Assembly: GCA_043809585.1 (NCBI GenBank)
Contig: JBDROZ010000111.1
Coordinates: forward strand, 1-50,319
Direction of reading: 5' to 3'
Length of the DNA stretch: 50,319 nt
From: Candidatus Eiseniibacteriota bacterium
GTDB lineage: Bacteria > Orphanbacterota > Orphanbacteria > Orphanbacterales > Orphanbacteraceae
Below the pieces are notes generated by a model. The model did no database searches, was not told the origin of the DNA, and saw nothing but the letters and a program-made list of their open reading frames with translations. This document shows positions 29,530 through 39,996 of this stretch, one piece after another; the first letter of the stretch is position 1; the number at the start of each line of letters is the position of its first letter. The position numbers and the translations under genes were made by a program.

Positions 29530-30205
29530 GGAGAAGACGATCCGCGAGGTGGTGCGGGAGGCGAGGGAGGCGATGCCGGCCGCGACGATCGTCGTGATCA
29601 ACGACGGGTCCCGGGACGGCACGAGCGCCGCGGCCCGGGCGGAGGGAGCCGTGGTCCTCGACCTTCCGTGCAACCTCGGGATCGGGGCGGCGGTGCAAAC
29701 CGGCTACAAATACGCGCTCCGCTCCGGCTGCCGCGCGGCGGTCCAGGTCGACGGCGACGGCCAACACGTTCCGTCGGAAATCCCGAAGCTCCTCGCCTCT
29801 CTCGAGGAGGGGGCCGATCTCGTCGTCGGCTCCCGCTTCGTGGAAGCGGGCGACTACCGGGCTCCGTGGATGCGCCGTCTCGGGATCCTCTTCTTCTCCA
29901 TCACCGTTTCTCGGCTGACGGGTCGGCGCTTCAAGGACACGACCAGCGGATTCCGCGCGGCGAACCGCCGCGTGATCGAGTATTTCGCGCGCCATTACCC
30001 GAGCGACTACCCCGAGCCGGAGGCGATCCTCCTCCTCTCCCGGGCCGGCTTCGACGTGCGGGAGGTGCCCGCCCGGTTCCGCGAAAGGGGAGGGGGCCGC
30101 TCCTCGATCACGGCCCTGGACGGTTTCTTTTACATGGGAAAGGTCTTTCTCGCCCTCGTGATGGGAACTCTCCGCCGGCCCCCCGAGGCCGGGAAGGAGG
30201 AGTGA
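29480..30205 (+). CDS. GT2, DPM1-like polyprenol-phosphate glycosyltransferase
   Basis: VPAFNEE, INDGSRD, NLGIGAAVQTG, VDGDGQH, DTTSGFRA. Confidence 0.88.
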   Translation: MRGAGEGMAILVPAFNEEKTIREVVREAREAMPAATIVVINDGSRDGTSAAARAEGAVVLDLPCNLGIGAAVQTGYKYALRSGCRAAVQVDGDGQHVPSEIPKLLASLEEGADLVVGSRFVEAGDYRAPWMRRLGILFFSITVSRLTGRRFKDTTSGFRAANRRVIEYFARHYPSDYPEPEAILLLSRAGFDVREVPARFRERGGGRSSITALDGFFYMGKVFLALVMGTLRRPPEAGKEE

Positions 30206-30206
30206 C

Positions 30207-30569
30207 ATGATCGTCCGAATACAGATCGTATCGATCCTCGGGTCCCTCGGGCTCCTCCTGCTCATTCTGGAGTTGATTCGCCGGAGAAAGCTCGCCGAGC
30301 GGTACTCCCTCCTCTGGATCGTGACGGCCCTCGTCCTCTTCGGACTCTCGGTATGGCGAGGTCTCCTCCACCTGTTCGCCCGGGCCGTCGGGATCTACGA
30401 CCCGCCGAACGCCCTCTTTCTGGTCGGCTTCGTGTTCGTTCTTCTGCTCATCCTTCACTTCTCGGTGATCGTCTCCCGCCTCTCCCGGAGGAGCCGCGAG
30501 CTCGCGCAATCCCTCGCGCTCTTGAAACGGGATATCGAGGAGATGAGCCGGAGCGGCGAGGGGGATTGA
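30207..30569 (+). CDS. DUF2304-family small membrane protein
   Basis: IRRRKLAERYSLLW, VGIYDPPNALF, LAQSLALL; typical partner of the preceding GT2. Confidence 0.8.
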   Translation: MIVRIQIVSILGSLGLLLLILELIRRRKLAERYSLLWIVTALVLFGLSVWRGLLHLFARAVGIYDPPNALFLVGFVFVLLLILHFSVIVSRLSRRSRELAQSLALLKRDIEEMSRSGEGD

Positions 30570-30570
30570 C

Positions 30571-32745
30571 GTGGCGAGGGGAAAGAAGGCGGAGGTCCGG
30601 AAGAAGGGGGGCGGAAAGCCCCGCGTGATCGGCCGGGGAACGGCGGCGGCGATCCTGCTCCTCCTGGTGCTCGCCGGTTGGGGAGTTCGCGTCCTCTTCC
30701 TGGACGCCGATCCCCCCTTCTCGATCAGCTGGAGCCAGGGCCCCTTCACCGACGGCGCGGTCGTCGTTCACGACGCGAGGAGCAAGGCGCTCTTCGGAGA
30801 GTGGATCACGGACTACACGAAAGACGTCTATCTCTTCCCCCTCTCGAACATCGCCGCCTACGCCGTCTTCCTGGCCGCCGGCGTCAACCGGGCCGCCGCG
30901 GCGTGGCCGAACACGCTCTTCGCGGCCCTTTCGATCGCGGCCCTCTCCCTCGGCCTTTGGAACTCCCTCGGGCCCCGGCGGGCGATCCTCTGGGCCTATC
31001 TCGCCTCGTTCAACTACTTCCTCGTCATGTTCCAGAGGATCCCCATCGCCGAACCGGCGATGATCTTCCTTCTCTCGTTGTCGTTCCTCTTCTTCACCCT
31101 CGGAGGCCGATGGCGATGGGCCCCGCTCCTCGCCGGATTCTTCGCCGTCGGCGCCCCCCTCTTCGGGAAGGCCCACGCCTACTACTTCCCCGTCGCCCTC
31201 GGACTGACTTATCTCCTCACCCGCCGCGGGGAGGAGGGGGAGGGGGCGCGGATCCGTCTCGCCCTCGCCGGGATGGCCGCCGCCGCCGCCCTCTGGCTCG
31301 CCGTTCTCTTCCTACCCGAGGGGGGGCATATCTTCCGCCATCTCGCCCACGAGTCGTACGGGAAGCACACGGGGGGCCCCGCCGGCGCCGCCGTGGAGCT
31401 GCTGCAGAACCTCCTCGGCATGGGGACCTATACCAAGCTCTTCGAGAGGATGCCCGTCCTCGCTACGCTCGGTTTCCTCGGATTCGCCGGACTCCTGGCC
31501 AAGGGGCGCCGTCTCTTCCGTGAGGAGGAGCCCGCCGCGGTCCTCCTCTTCCTCTGGTTCACCGCCGGCTGGCTGGCGATCGCCGCGGTCCGCCTTCCGG
31601 CGCCGCGCTACCTCTCCGCCCTCGTCTTCCCCCTTCTCTACCTGGCGACCCGGCCCCTCTCCGCCCTCGCGGAGGGGAAGACGCTCACCTGGAAGATGCC
31701 CCGTTCCCGCGCCGGCTCCCTCGTCGCGGCGGCCCTCTTCCTCTTCGCCTTTTACCAGCCCCTCTCCACCTTCGGCACGCCCATGCTCTCGCGGTTGAAG
31801 CTTTCCGGCTGGGGCTCCGGGATCTACGCCCTCTTCGTCCGGGACGAAGCGTACAGGGAACTCGTCTTCTTCTGCCTCGTCCTCGCGGCGATCCTCATGC
31901 TGGCCGCCCTCGGGCTCATCGCCCTTCGGGGGGGGGAGAAGCCGTTTCGGGTCACCCCCTCCCGGGGGGGAGGCCTGGGTCTGGCCGCCCTTCTCCTCGG
32001 CCTATCCGTCTTCGTCAACATGGGGAACTGGTACTACTGGGCGGCGACCCGGACCCACTACCTGCGGGACGGCTCCCGGGACCTGGCCGACTGGATGGGG
32101 CCGGGCGCGCGCCTGATGGGCTCTTACGCCCCCACCCTCGGCCTGGATAACCGGCTCCGGGTCTTCCCCTACCTCGGAGACATCGGGGAGACGGACGTCT
32201 TTCGGAAATACGGCATCACCCACGTGGCGGTGGTGAGCAAGGGGGACCACACGGAGGTGAAAGAGAATTACCCCGAGATCTTCGAAAGCTGGAAGATGGT
32301 TCTCTCCTATCCGATCAAGTGCAAGTACTCGGACACCATGGGCATCTTCCGGCTCCCCGCCGAGACGGAGGGGGCCAGGATCAACGACTACGAGCCCGGC
32401 CTCTTCGAGCAGGGCGTGGACCTCGCGACGGAGCGCCGGTGGGAAGAAGCCCTCGACCGTCTCTCCCGGTTCACCGTGGAAAAGCCGGGAAACGCCGATG
32501 GACACTACCTGGTCGGTTTCATGTACAATGAAATCGGCCGTCCGGAGGAGGCGATTCGCTCCATCGAGCATGCGATCGGCATCCGGCCGGAGCGCGCCTA
32601 TTACTACTTCAAACTCGGCGAGATCTACGCGGACCTCGGCCGGAACGCCGAGTCCCGCCGGCTTCTCGAAATCTCCAACCGGTTGAACCCGCGGGACTCC
32701 GAAGTGAGGGATGCCCTCGACCGGATGGGACCGGGCGCGCGATGA
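30571..32745 (+). CDS. ArnT/PMT-like (GT-C) membrane glycosyltransferase with C-terminal TPRs
   Basis: Acidic first loop (FTDG), roughly a dozen TM segments, PRYL motif, C-terminal TPR-like repeats (ADGHYLVG, AYYYFKLGEIY). Confidence 0.65.
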   Translation: MARGKKAEVRKKGGGKPRVIGRGTAAAILLLLVLAGWGVRVLFLDADPPFSISWSQGPFTDGAVVVHDARSKALFGEWITDYTKDVYLFPLSNIAAYAVFLAAGVNRAAAAWPNTLFAALSIAALSLGLWNSLGPRRAILWAYLASFNYFLVMFQRIPIAEPAMIFLLSLSFLFFTLGGRWRWAPLLAGFFAVGAPLFGKAHAYYFPVALGLTYLLTRRGEEGEGARIRLALAGMAAAAALWLAVLFLPEGGHIFRHLAHESYGKHTGGPAGAAVELLQNLLGMGTYTKLFERMPVLATLGFLGFAGLLAKGRRLFREEEPAAVLLFLWFTAGWLAIAAVRLPAPRYLSALVFPLLYLATRPLSALAEGKTLTWKMPRSRAGSLVAAALFLFAFYQPLSTFGTPMLSRLKLSGWGSGIYALFVRDEAYRELVFFCLVLAAILMLAALGLIALRGGEKPFRVTPSRGGGLGLAALLLGLSVFVNMGNWYYWAATRTHYLRDGSRDLADWMGPGARLMGSYAPTLGLDNRLRVFPYLGDIGETDVFRKYGITHVAVVSKGDHTEVKENYPEIFESWKMVLSYPIKCKYSDTMGIFRLPAETEGARINDYEPGLFEQGVDLATERRWEEALDRLSRFTVEKPGNADGHYLVGFMYNEIGRPEEAIRSIEHAIGIRPERAYYYFKLGEIYADLGRNAESRRLLEISNRLNPRDSEVRDALDRMGPGAR

Positions 32746-32792
32746 GGATGGATCGAACCATGCCCCCCACGGCGACGGAGGGAGGAAGGACC

Positions 32793-33758
32793 ATGGAAGC
32801 TCCTCCGAAGGAGAGCGAACGGGCGCCGGATCTGACGGTCGTCGTCCCCCTGTATAACGAAGAGGAGTCCCTCCGGGAGTTGAAGGAGCGGATCTGCGTC
32901 GAATTCGACCGGGGGGGATTCCGCGGGGAGATCGTGTTCATCGACGACGGGTCCCGGGACGGCTCCTTCGCCGTGATCGAAGAACTCGCCGCCTCCGACG
33001 AGCGGGTCCGGGCGGTCAAGTTCCGGGGCAACTTCGGCAAGGCGGCCGCCCTCTCCGCCGGGTTCAGGGAAGCCCGGGGGCGGATCGTCATCACCATGGA
33101 CGCCGACCTCCAGGACGACCCGGCGGAGATCCCGCGGCTCGTGGAGAAGGTCGAGGAGGGGCTCGACGTCGTTTCGGGATGGAAGAAGACACGCCGCGAC
33201 CCGTGGACCAAGACACTCCCCTCACGCCTATTCAACAAGGTAACTGCTTTGATTACAGGAATTCCCATTCATGACTTCAACTGCGGACTGAAGGCGTACC
33301 GCCGGGACGTGGTCAAGGAGATCCAGGTTTACGGAGAGCTTCACCGGTACATCCCGGCCCTCGCCGCCTGGAAGGGGTTCCGAATCGGGGAGCTCGTCGT
33401 CACCCATCACCCGAGACCGTACGGGCGGTCGAAGTACGGGCCCCGCCGGTTCATCGCCGGCTTCCTCGATCTTCTTACCATCACGCTTCTCACCAAGTAC
33501 AACCCGAAACCGCTCCACCTCTTCGGGCTGGTGGGAACGATCATGGGGCTCGTCGGCGTCGTGATTTCCCTCTACATGGTCTCGCTGAAGCTCCGGTACG
33601 GGGACATCCAAGGCCGGGTGCCGCTCCTCACCCTGGGCGTCCTCCTCATCATCATGGGGATGCAGTTCCTATCCACGGGACTCCTCGCCGAAATGATCGC
33701 GAGCCAGCGGGCGCCCCACGACACGGAGTATACCGTGGAGAGGAAGCTGGGCTCTTGA
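32793..33758 (+). CDS. GT2, ArnC/GtrB-like polyprenol-phosphate glycosyltransferase with two C-terminal TMs
   Basis: VPLYNEEE, IDDGSRD, NFGKAAAL, MDADLQDDP, HDFNCGLKAY, GELHRYIP. Confidence 0.9.
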   Translation: MEAPPKESERAPDLTVVVPLYNEEESLRELKERICVEFDRGGFRGEIVFIDDGSRDGSFAVIEELAASDERVRAVKFRGNFGKAAALSAGFREARGRIVITMDADLQDDPAEIPRLVEKVEEGLDVVSGWKKTRRDPWTKTLPSRLFNKVTALITGIPIHDFNCGLKAYRRDVVKEIQVYGELHRYIPALAAWKGFRIGELVVTHHPRPYGRSKYGPRRFIAGFLDLLTITLLTKYNPKPLHLFGLVGTIMGLVGVVISLYMVSLKLRYGDIQGRVPLLTLGVLLIIMGMQFLSTGLLAEMIASQRAPHDTEYTVERKLGS

Positions 33759-35320
33759 AGGGACGACGGAAGGCCCGGCCCCGCGGCGGCACGGCCGCGG
33801 CCGACCGGTGGGCCCCGCTGAGGCGGGGGCTGCCATGGGTGGCGGTGGCGCTCTACCTCGCCCTCGGCGCCTACCGGTTCGACCCGAAGCCCTCGGTCAG
33901 CGGTGACAACGCCCAATTCCTGATTCTCGGCGAGTCTCTCGCCACCGGCCGGGGCCTCTCTCACATCAACGAGCCGGTCCCTTCTCCGAACACCAAGTAC
34001 CCCTTCCTCTTCCCCCTGATCCTCGCCGGGGTACACGTGATCGCGCCCGGGTCCGTGCCGGCCGCCAAGGTGGCGGTCTTCCTCCTCGGCGCGGTCTCGA
34101 TCTTCCTGCTCGCGAGGATCTTTCTCCGCCTCGGACCCTTCCCCGTGGCGGCGGCGGCGACGGTCCTGACCGCGATCCACCCGGTGCTCCTCGAGTTCTC
34201 CCACCAGGTACTCTCCGAGGTCCCCTATCTTCTCGTGAGCGCCCTCGCCCTCACCTTCTTTCTCGATTGGGAGGACCGAAGGGGAACGGCCTTTCTCGCC
34301 GCCGCCGCCGCGGCCGCCCTCGGGGCGTACTTCACGAGAAGCATCGGGATCGCGCTCGTCGGATCGGTCCTTCTCGTCCTTCTCCACCGCCGCCGGATCC
34401 GCTTCGCCCTCGTGATCTCCGCGGTCTTCCTGGTCGCCGGCGGTTCTTGGGGCTTCCGGAATCGCGCCGTGGGGGGGGGAGAGTCGTACGTCCGGCAGTT
34501 CCTCATGAAGAACCCGTACCGCGTCGAAGAAGGGGCCCTGACGTTCCGATCCTTCGTTCGGGAACGGGTGGGGGGCAATCTGTCGAAGTACGGCGGATTC
34601 GAGGCGGGCCGGGGTTTGGTGCCCGCCCCCTTCACCGGGATCCTCCCCTCCGAAGCGGGGTGGCGGGCGTGACTCTCCGCGGCGGTCTGCCTCATCGCCC
34701 TCGCCGGTCTCGCCCTTTCCCTCGCCAAGGGGATCGGGCTGGCGGAAGTGTACACCCTGGTCTACATCCTCCTCTGCCTCGCCTGGCCCGAGGTGTGGAC
34801 GAGCATTCGCTTCCTCCTCCCCGTGCTCCCGCTCCTCCTCTTTTACGGCCTCCGGGGCGTCTACGCCGCGACCCTTCGTCTTCCGAAGCGCTCCGGCGTC
34901 GCTCTGGCGGGGGTCGTCCTCCTCGTTCTCGCCGCCGGAAGCGTGAAGGCGAACTTCGACGAGAAGCGCCTCTTCCAGGGGGACTACCCGGCGGTCTGGA
35001 AGAACTACTTCGAGGTGGCCGACTGGGTTCGCGAGAACACGCCCGAAGGAACCGTCGTCATCTGCCGGAAGCCTTATCTCTTCTACCTCCGGAGCCACCG
35101 TCTGACGAGGCCTTACCTCTGGTCGCCCGAGAAGGAAGAGGTGTGGAACAAAATGATGGAGGATGGAGCGGACTATGTGGTCCTCGCCCCCCTTTCGGCG
35201 ACGACGAGCCGCTATCTCATCCCCATGGTCAACGCCTACCCCGAGCGGTTCGAGGCGGTGCTCCATCTCCAAAACCCGGACACGTGGCTCCTCCGCGTCA
35301 TCCCGGAGGGGAACCGGTGA
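33755..35320 (+). CDS. ArnT-like (GT-C) membrane glycosyltransferase interrupted by an in-frame TGA at 34670-34672
   Basis: SGDNAQF..LATG, KYPFLFPL, LSEVPY, RFLLP. ORFs 33755-34672 and 34748-35320 are in the same frame, and the sequence between them reads as a TM helix. Confidence 0.7.
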
Positions 35321-36435
35321 ATCTATTCGTCCAGTCGATCTACTTTCCGCCCCGCCTCGGCGGGATCGAGAACCACGCGTACTATCTCTGCCGGGGCCTC
35401 GCCGAACGGGGGCATCGGGTGCGGGTGGTCACGTCCCGCACGGAGCCGGAGTCGGCCCCCCGGGAGAGGGAGGGGAACATGGAAATCCGCCGCGTGCCGA
35501 TCCCCGGCCGGAACCTCCTCGGATGGACATGGAACGCCCTCGCCTCCTTCCCGGCGGCCCTCTCCGGGGGGTGGGACGCCGACCTGATCCATGCCCACAC
35601 GTTTCAGGCGGTGCCGCCGGTCCTCCCGATCCGCCTGCTACGGAGGACGCCTCTGGTCGTCACCATCCACTCGTCCCATTTCCTCCGGATGGTGAAGAAG
35701 GCCCACTGGCGGGTGGTGTTCCGAGCGCTCCTCGCGCCGGCGGACCTGATCCTCGCGACGAGCGTGGAACTCGCCGACGAGGCGCGCCGGGTCGCGCCGA
35801 AGACACCGATCCACGAGGTGGTGAACGGGATCGACACCGAACTCTTCCGGCCCGTCCCTCCGTCGATCGAACGGAAGGAGGGGCGGAAGATCCTGGTCAC
35901 CACGCGCCGCCTCGTCAAGAAGAACGGGGTGCGTTACCTGATCGACGCCATGCCCCGCATACTGGAAATGATCCCCGCCGACCTGTATCTTGCAGGGATC
36001 GGACCGGAGAGGGAGGATCTGGACCGGCGGGTCGCGAAGCACGGCATCGGCGACCGGGTCCACTTTCTCGGCGGCGTGCCGAACCGCGAACTCCCGCCCC
36101 TTCTCTCGTCGGCGGACGCGGTGGTCATTCCCTCGCTGGTGGAGGCGACTTCCATCTCCGCCCTCGAGGCGATGGCGTGCGAGCGGCCCATGGCCGCCTC
36201 CCGCGTCGGCGGCCTGCCCGAGATCATCGACGAGAGGAACGGCACCCTCTTCCGGAGCGCCGATCCGGCGGACCTGGCCGAAAAGATGATCGCCCTTCTC
36301 TCCCGGCCCGGGGAGGAGCTACGCCGGATGGGGGAGGAGGGGCGACGCCGGGTGACGGGATCGTGGAGCATCGAGGCCTTCGTGGACAGGCACGAGGCGT
36401 TCTTCCGGGAGCTGACGGAGAAGAGGCGTGGCTGA
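35317..36435 (+). CDS. Glycosyltransferase family 4 (GT-B)
   Basis: [42 protein letters not shown]. Confidence 0.9.
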   Translation: MNLFVQSIYFPPRLGGIENHAYYLCRGLAERGHRVRVVTSRTEPESAPREREGNMEIRRVPIPGRNLLGWTWNALASFPAALSGGWDADLIHAHTFQAVPPVLPIRLLRRTPLVVTIHSSHFLRMVKKAHWRVVFRALLAPADLILATSVELADEARRVAPKTPIHEVVNGIDTELFRPVPPSIERKEGRKILVTTRRLVKKNGVRYLIDAMPRILEMIPADLYLAGIGPEREDLDRRVAKHGIGDRVHFLGGVPNRELPPLLSSADAVVIPSLVEATSISALEAMACERPMAASRVGGLPEIIDERNGTLFRSADPADLAEKMIALLSRPGEELRRMGEEGRRRVTGSWSIEAFVDRHEAFFRELTEKRRG

Positions 36436-37562
36436 AACCGAGAAGACGATCGTCGTCGTGATCGGCACGAGGCCGGAGGCGATCAAGATGGCCCCCCTCG
36501 TCCTTGCTCTCCGGGAACGCCCGGAGCCGGGGCGGGTCGTGACGGTTCTCACCGCCCAGCACCGGGAGATGTCCGACGAGGTTCTCGATCTCTTCGGGAT
36601 CGTCCCCCGACCACGATCTCGACATCATGCGCCCCCACCAGTCCCTCTACGAGACCACGGCCCGTCTCCTGCCGGGGCTCGAGAAGGTCTACCGGAAGGA
36701 GGAACCGGACCTCGTCCTCGTCCAGGGGGACACGACGACCACCTTCGTCGGCGCCCTCGCGGCGTACTACGCGGGGGCGGCGGTGGGTCACGTCGAGGCG
36801 GGCCTCCGGACCCGGGACAAGCGGAACCCCTTCCCGGAGGAGATCAACCGGCGGCTGACCTCGGTCCTCACGGACCTCCACTTTCCCCCCACCGACCGGG
36901 CCCGCCGGGCCCTCCTCGAGGAGGGCGCGACGGACGGGGCGATTCACGTGACCGGAAACACGGTGATCGACGCCCTCTTCTGGGTGCTCGAGCACAGGGG
37001 CCGGGACGTCCCTCTCCCCGAAGGGGTGGATCCCTCGAAACGGTGGATCGTCGTCACCTCCCACCGCCGGGAGAACTGGGGGGAACCGCTCCGGGGAATC
37101 TGCTTCGCCCTCCGGGACCTGGCGGAGAGGTACCCGGACACGGAGATCATCTACCCCGTGCATCCGAATCCGAACGTCCGGTCGACCACGGACGAGCTCC
37201 TTCGGGGGCGGGAGAGGATCCACCTTCTCGAGCCGCTCGACTACGTGCGCTTCGTGAAGCTGATGGAGGCGTCGCGGCTCCTCATCACCGACTCGGGGGG
37301 CGTCCAGGAAGAGGCGCCCTCTCTCGGGAAACCGGTTCTCGTGATCCGGGAGAAGACGGAGCGGCCCGAGGCGGTGGAGGCGGGGACGGTCCGCCTGGTC
37401 GGCACCTCCCGGGAACGGATCGTGGAGGAGGCCTCGCGCCTCCTCGACTCGGACGAGGAATACGCCGCCATGAGCCGGCGGCACAACCCGTACGGCGACG
37501 GCAAGGCGTGCGGCCGGATCGCCGATGCCATCGCCGCATGGTGGCGGGACGCGAGAGATTAG
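36428..37562 (+). CDS. wecB: UDP-N-acetylglucosamine 2-epimerase, non-hydrolysing (apparent +1 frameshift at C5 run 36604-36608)
   Basis: [56 protein letters not shown]. Confidence 0.93.
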
Positions 37563-37626
37563 CGGGTCGTGACGGTTTCGGAGGGCACCCCCTGAAGAGC
37601 GGGGGTCCGCGGTAGGGGGGCGAACG

Positions 37627-39996
37627 ATGAAAGGCAGAGGCGAGAAGAAGGCGGGGAGGCACCCGCGGTCCTCGGAAAAGGGCTCCGGTGCCGTCGCCGG
37701 CGCCCCCCGTTTGGGCGACCGGGGATGGGACGTCGCGGTCCCCGGCATCTTCCTCCTCTTCACCGTGCTTCTCTTCGCCGCTTTTCTGTTCGGCGACAAG
37801 ATGCTCTTCGGAACCGACACGCTGCCCATGGGCTACGCCGCCCGCAAATACCTCACCGACGTCTGGAAGGCGACGGGCACCATGCCCCTCTGGAACCCGA
37901 CCATCCTCGGGGGGATCCCGATGGTCGACGGCCTCATGGGCGGGGACATGTTCTACCCGACCAGTCTTCTCCAATTCCTGATGCCCGTCCACCGCGCCCT
38001 CGGATTGAAGCTCGTCATTCATATCTTCCTGGCCGGCTGGTTCTTCTATCTTTTCGCCCGCGGGAAAGGCGCATCCCGGGGGGCGGGGCTCGTCGGGGGG
38101 ACGTCCTACATGTTCGCCCCCTATCTGGTCTCGCTCATCTACGCGGGGCACGACGGGAAACTCTTCGTCGCTTCCCTCCTCCCCCTCGGCTTCTTCGCCC
38201 TCGAGCGCCTTCTCGATCGCGCCCGGTTCCGGGACTTTCTCCTCTTCGGATTCACCGTCGGGCTCATGATCCTGACCGCCCACCTCCAGCTCGCCTTCTT
38301 CGCCTGCGGCGCCTTCGGCCTCCGCTGGATCTGGCGGCTCGCGGGCGATTGGAAAAGGGGCGAGAGAAAGCGGGTCATCCGCACCACGGCGCTCTTCTTC
38401 GGCGCCGCGATTCTGGGCGTGGCGATCGGCGCCGTGCAGACCTATCCCGCCTACCGGTATACGAGCCGGTTCTCCCCCCGGGCGGGAGGGGTCACGTACG
38501 AGTTCGCCACCAGCTGGTCGATCCACTGGGAAGAGGCGGTATCCCTCGTCGTCCCCGAGTTCGGCAACTACCTGGGCGACTACTGGGGCAAGAACCCGTT
38601 CAAGCTGAACGCCGAATCGCCCGGGTTCATCGCCATGCTTTTCGTGATCGCGGGGTTCTTCCGGATCCGGCGGGACCGGGAGCTTCCTTTCTGGTACGCA
38701 CTGCTCCTGATCACGTTCGTCTACGCTCTGGGGGCCGAAACACCCTTCTTCCGGCTCATTTTCATGGTGGTGCCCAAGTTCTTCCGGGCCCCGTCGACGA
38801 TTCTCTTCCTCTTCTCCTTCGCCGCCTCCTTCACGGCGGTCCGCGTGCTCGATGCGTACTGGCAGGGGAAGGACCGGCGCGCCCTCCTGACCGGTTTCGG
38901 CGTGATGGGGGGATTCCTTCTCCTGATCCTCTTTCTCGTCTCGATCGGCGAGCCCTTCTTCCGAATCTGGGGCGCCCTCTTCCAAGAGGGTCTCGTGGGA
39001 CAGCGCCTGGCCGCGGCCGTCGCCAACGCGCCGAACGTCCAGGCGGGAGTTCTCGTCTGCCTCCTTCTCGGCGCCCTCTTCATCGGTCTCGCCGAAGGGG
39101 CCCGGCGGAAACGCTGGCCCCGGGAGGTGGTCGCGCTCGGTTCGGCCCTCCTCGTCTTCGCCGGCGCGGTCTGGACCGACCGGCACTTCGTGAAGGCGGT
39201 CCGTCTCCAGGATTTCATCCGTTCCGACGGCCTGATCCGGAGGATGCAGGAGGACGACGACGTCTTCCGTCTTCTCTCGGCGGTTCCGAACCTCCAGGGA
39301 AACTACTTCTCCGTTTTCGGACTCGAGGCCGCCCGGGGCTTCTTCGACAACAAGACCCGCTGGTACGACGAAATCTCCGGGCCCGAACACATCCGGAATC
39401 TGCAGGTCCTCTCGCTCCTGAACGTGAAATACATCGTCTCCGGCCCGGGCGTGCGCCACGGTTCGTTCGACGAGCTCCTGACGGAGGGGGGGAGGACGCT
39501 CTACCGAAACCGGGCGGTTCTCCCCCGGGCGTTCCTCGCCGAACGGTGGGAAATCGTCCCCCGGGAGAGTATGATCGGCCGCATCGAGTCGGAGGGGTTC
39601 AACGCCCGGGAAACGATCCTCCTCGAGGAGGATCCCGGTTTCGTCCCCGCCCCGGTCGGGGAAGGGGGGGGCACGGCGCCGGTCCGGTGGGTGGAATACA
39701 CGCCGAACCGCCTCGTGATGGAAATCGATGCGCGGCGGCCTTCGCTCCTCTTCGTTTCGAACGCCTGGCTTCCGTACTGGGGGGCCCGGGTCGACGGCGA
39801 AGAGGCGCCGGTCCTCCGGGGGGATTATGCTTTCCAGGCGGTGCCGGTCCCGGAAGGCGCGAAGGAAGTGACGCTCCGGTTCCGTTCGCCCCCCTTCGTG
39901 GCGGCCCGGGCCGTTTCGCTCGGAGCGGTGGCGTTTCTCCTGATCGGTGCGGCCGGGACCGCGGTGATATCCCGGAGGAGGGGGGGGGTCCGGTGA
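37627..39996 (+). CDS. Second YfhO-family multi-pass membrane protein (GT-C-like)
   Basis: PLWNPTILGGIP, FYP, YAGHDGK, FRAP, C-terminal LPRAF...PYWGARVDG. Confidence 0.8.
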   Translation: MKGRGEKKAGRHPRSSEKGSGAVAGAPRLGDRGWDVAVPGIFLLFTVLLFAAFLFGDKMLFGTDTLPMGYAARKYLTDVWKATGTMPLWNPTILGGIPMVDGLMGGDMFYPTSLLQFLMPVHRALGLKLVIHIFLAGWFFYLFARGKGASRGAGLVGGTSYMFAPYLVSLIYAGHDGKLFVASLLPLGFFALERLLDRARFRDFLLFGFTVGLMILTAHLQLAFFACGAFGLRWIWRLAGDWKRGERKRVIRTTALFFGAAILGVAIGAVQTYPAYRYTSRFSPRAGGVTYEFATSWSIHWEEAVSLVVPEFGNYLGDYWGKNPFKLNAESPGFIAMLFVIAGFFRIRRDRELPFWYALLLITFVYALGAETPFFRLIFMVVPKFFRAPSTILFLFSFAASFTAVRVLDAYWQGKDRRALLTGFGVMGGFLLLILFLVSIGEPFFRIWGALFQEGLVGQRLAAAVANAPNVQAGVLVCLLLGALFIGLAEGARRKRWPREVVALGSALLVFAGAVWTDRHFVKAVRLQDFIRSDGLIRRMQEDDDVFRLLSAVPNLQGNYFSVFGLEAARGFFDNKTRWYDEISGPEHIRNLQVLSLLNVKYIVSGPGVRHGSFDELLTEGGRTLYRNRAVLPRAFLAERWEIVPRESMIGRIESEGFNARETILLEEDPGFVPAPVGEGGGTAPVRWVEYTPNRLVMEIDARRPSLLFVSNAWLPYWGARVDGEEAPVLRGDYAFQAVPVPEGAKEVTLRFRSPPFVAARAVSLGAVAFLLIGAAGTAVISRRRGGVR

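Noticed and set aside
34670-34700. Selenocysteine reading of the in-frame TGA; GGTCTGC downstream resembles the E. coli fdhF SECIS apex
   Set aside because: The motif is only about 12 nt from the TGA with a 3-4 bp stem, closer and weaker than the fdhF element, and the context is a non-redox membrane helix
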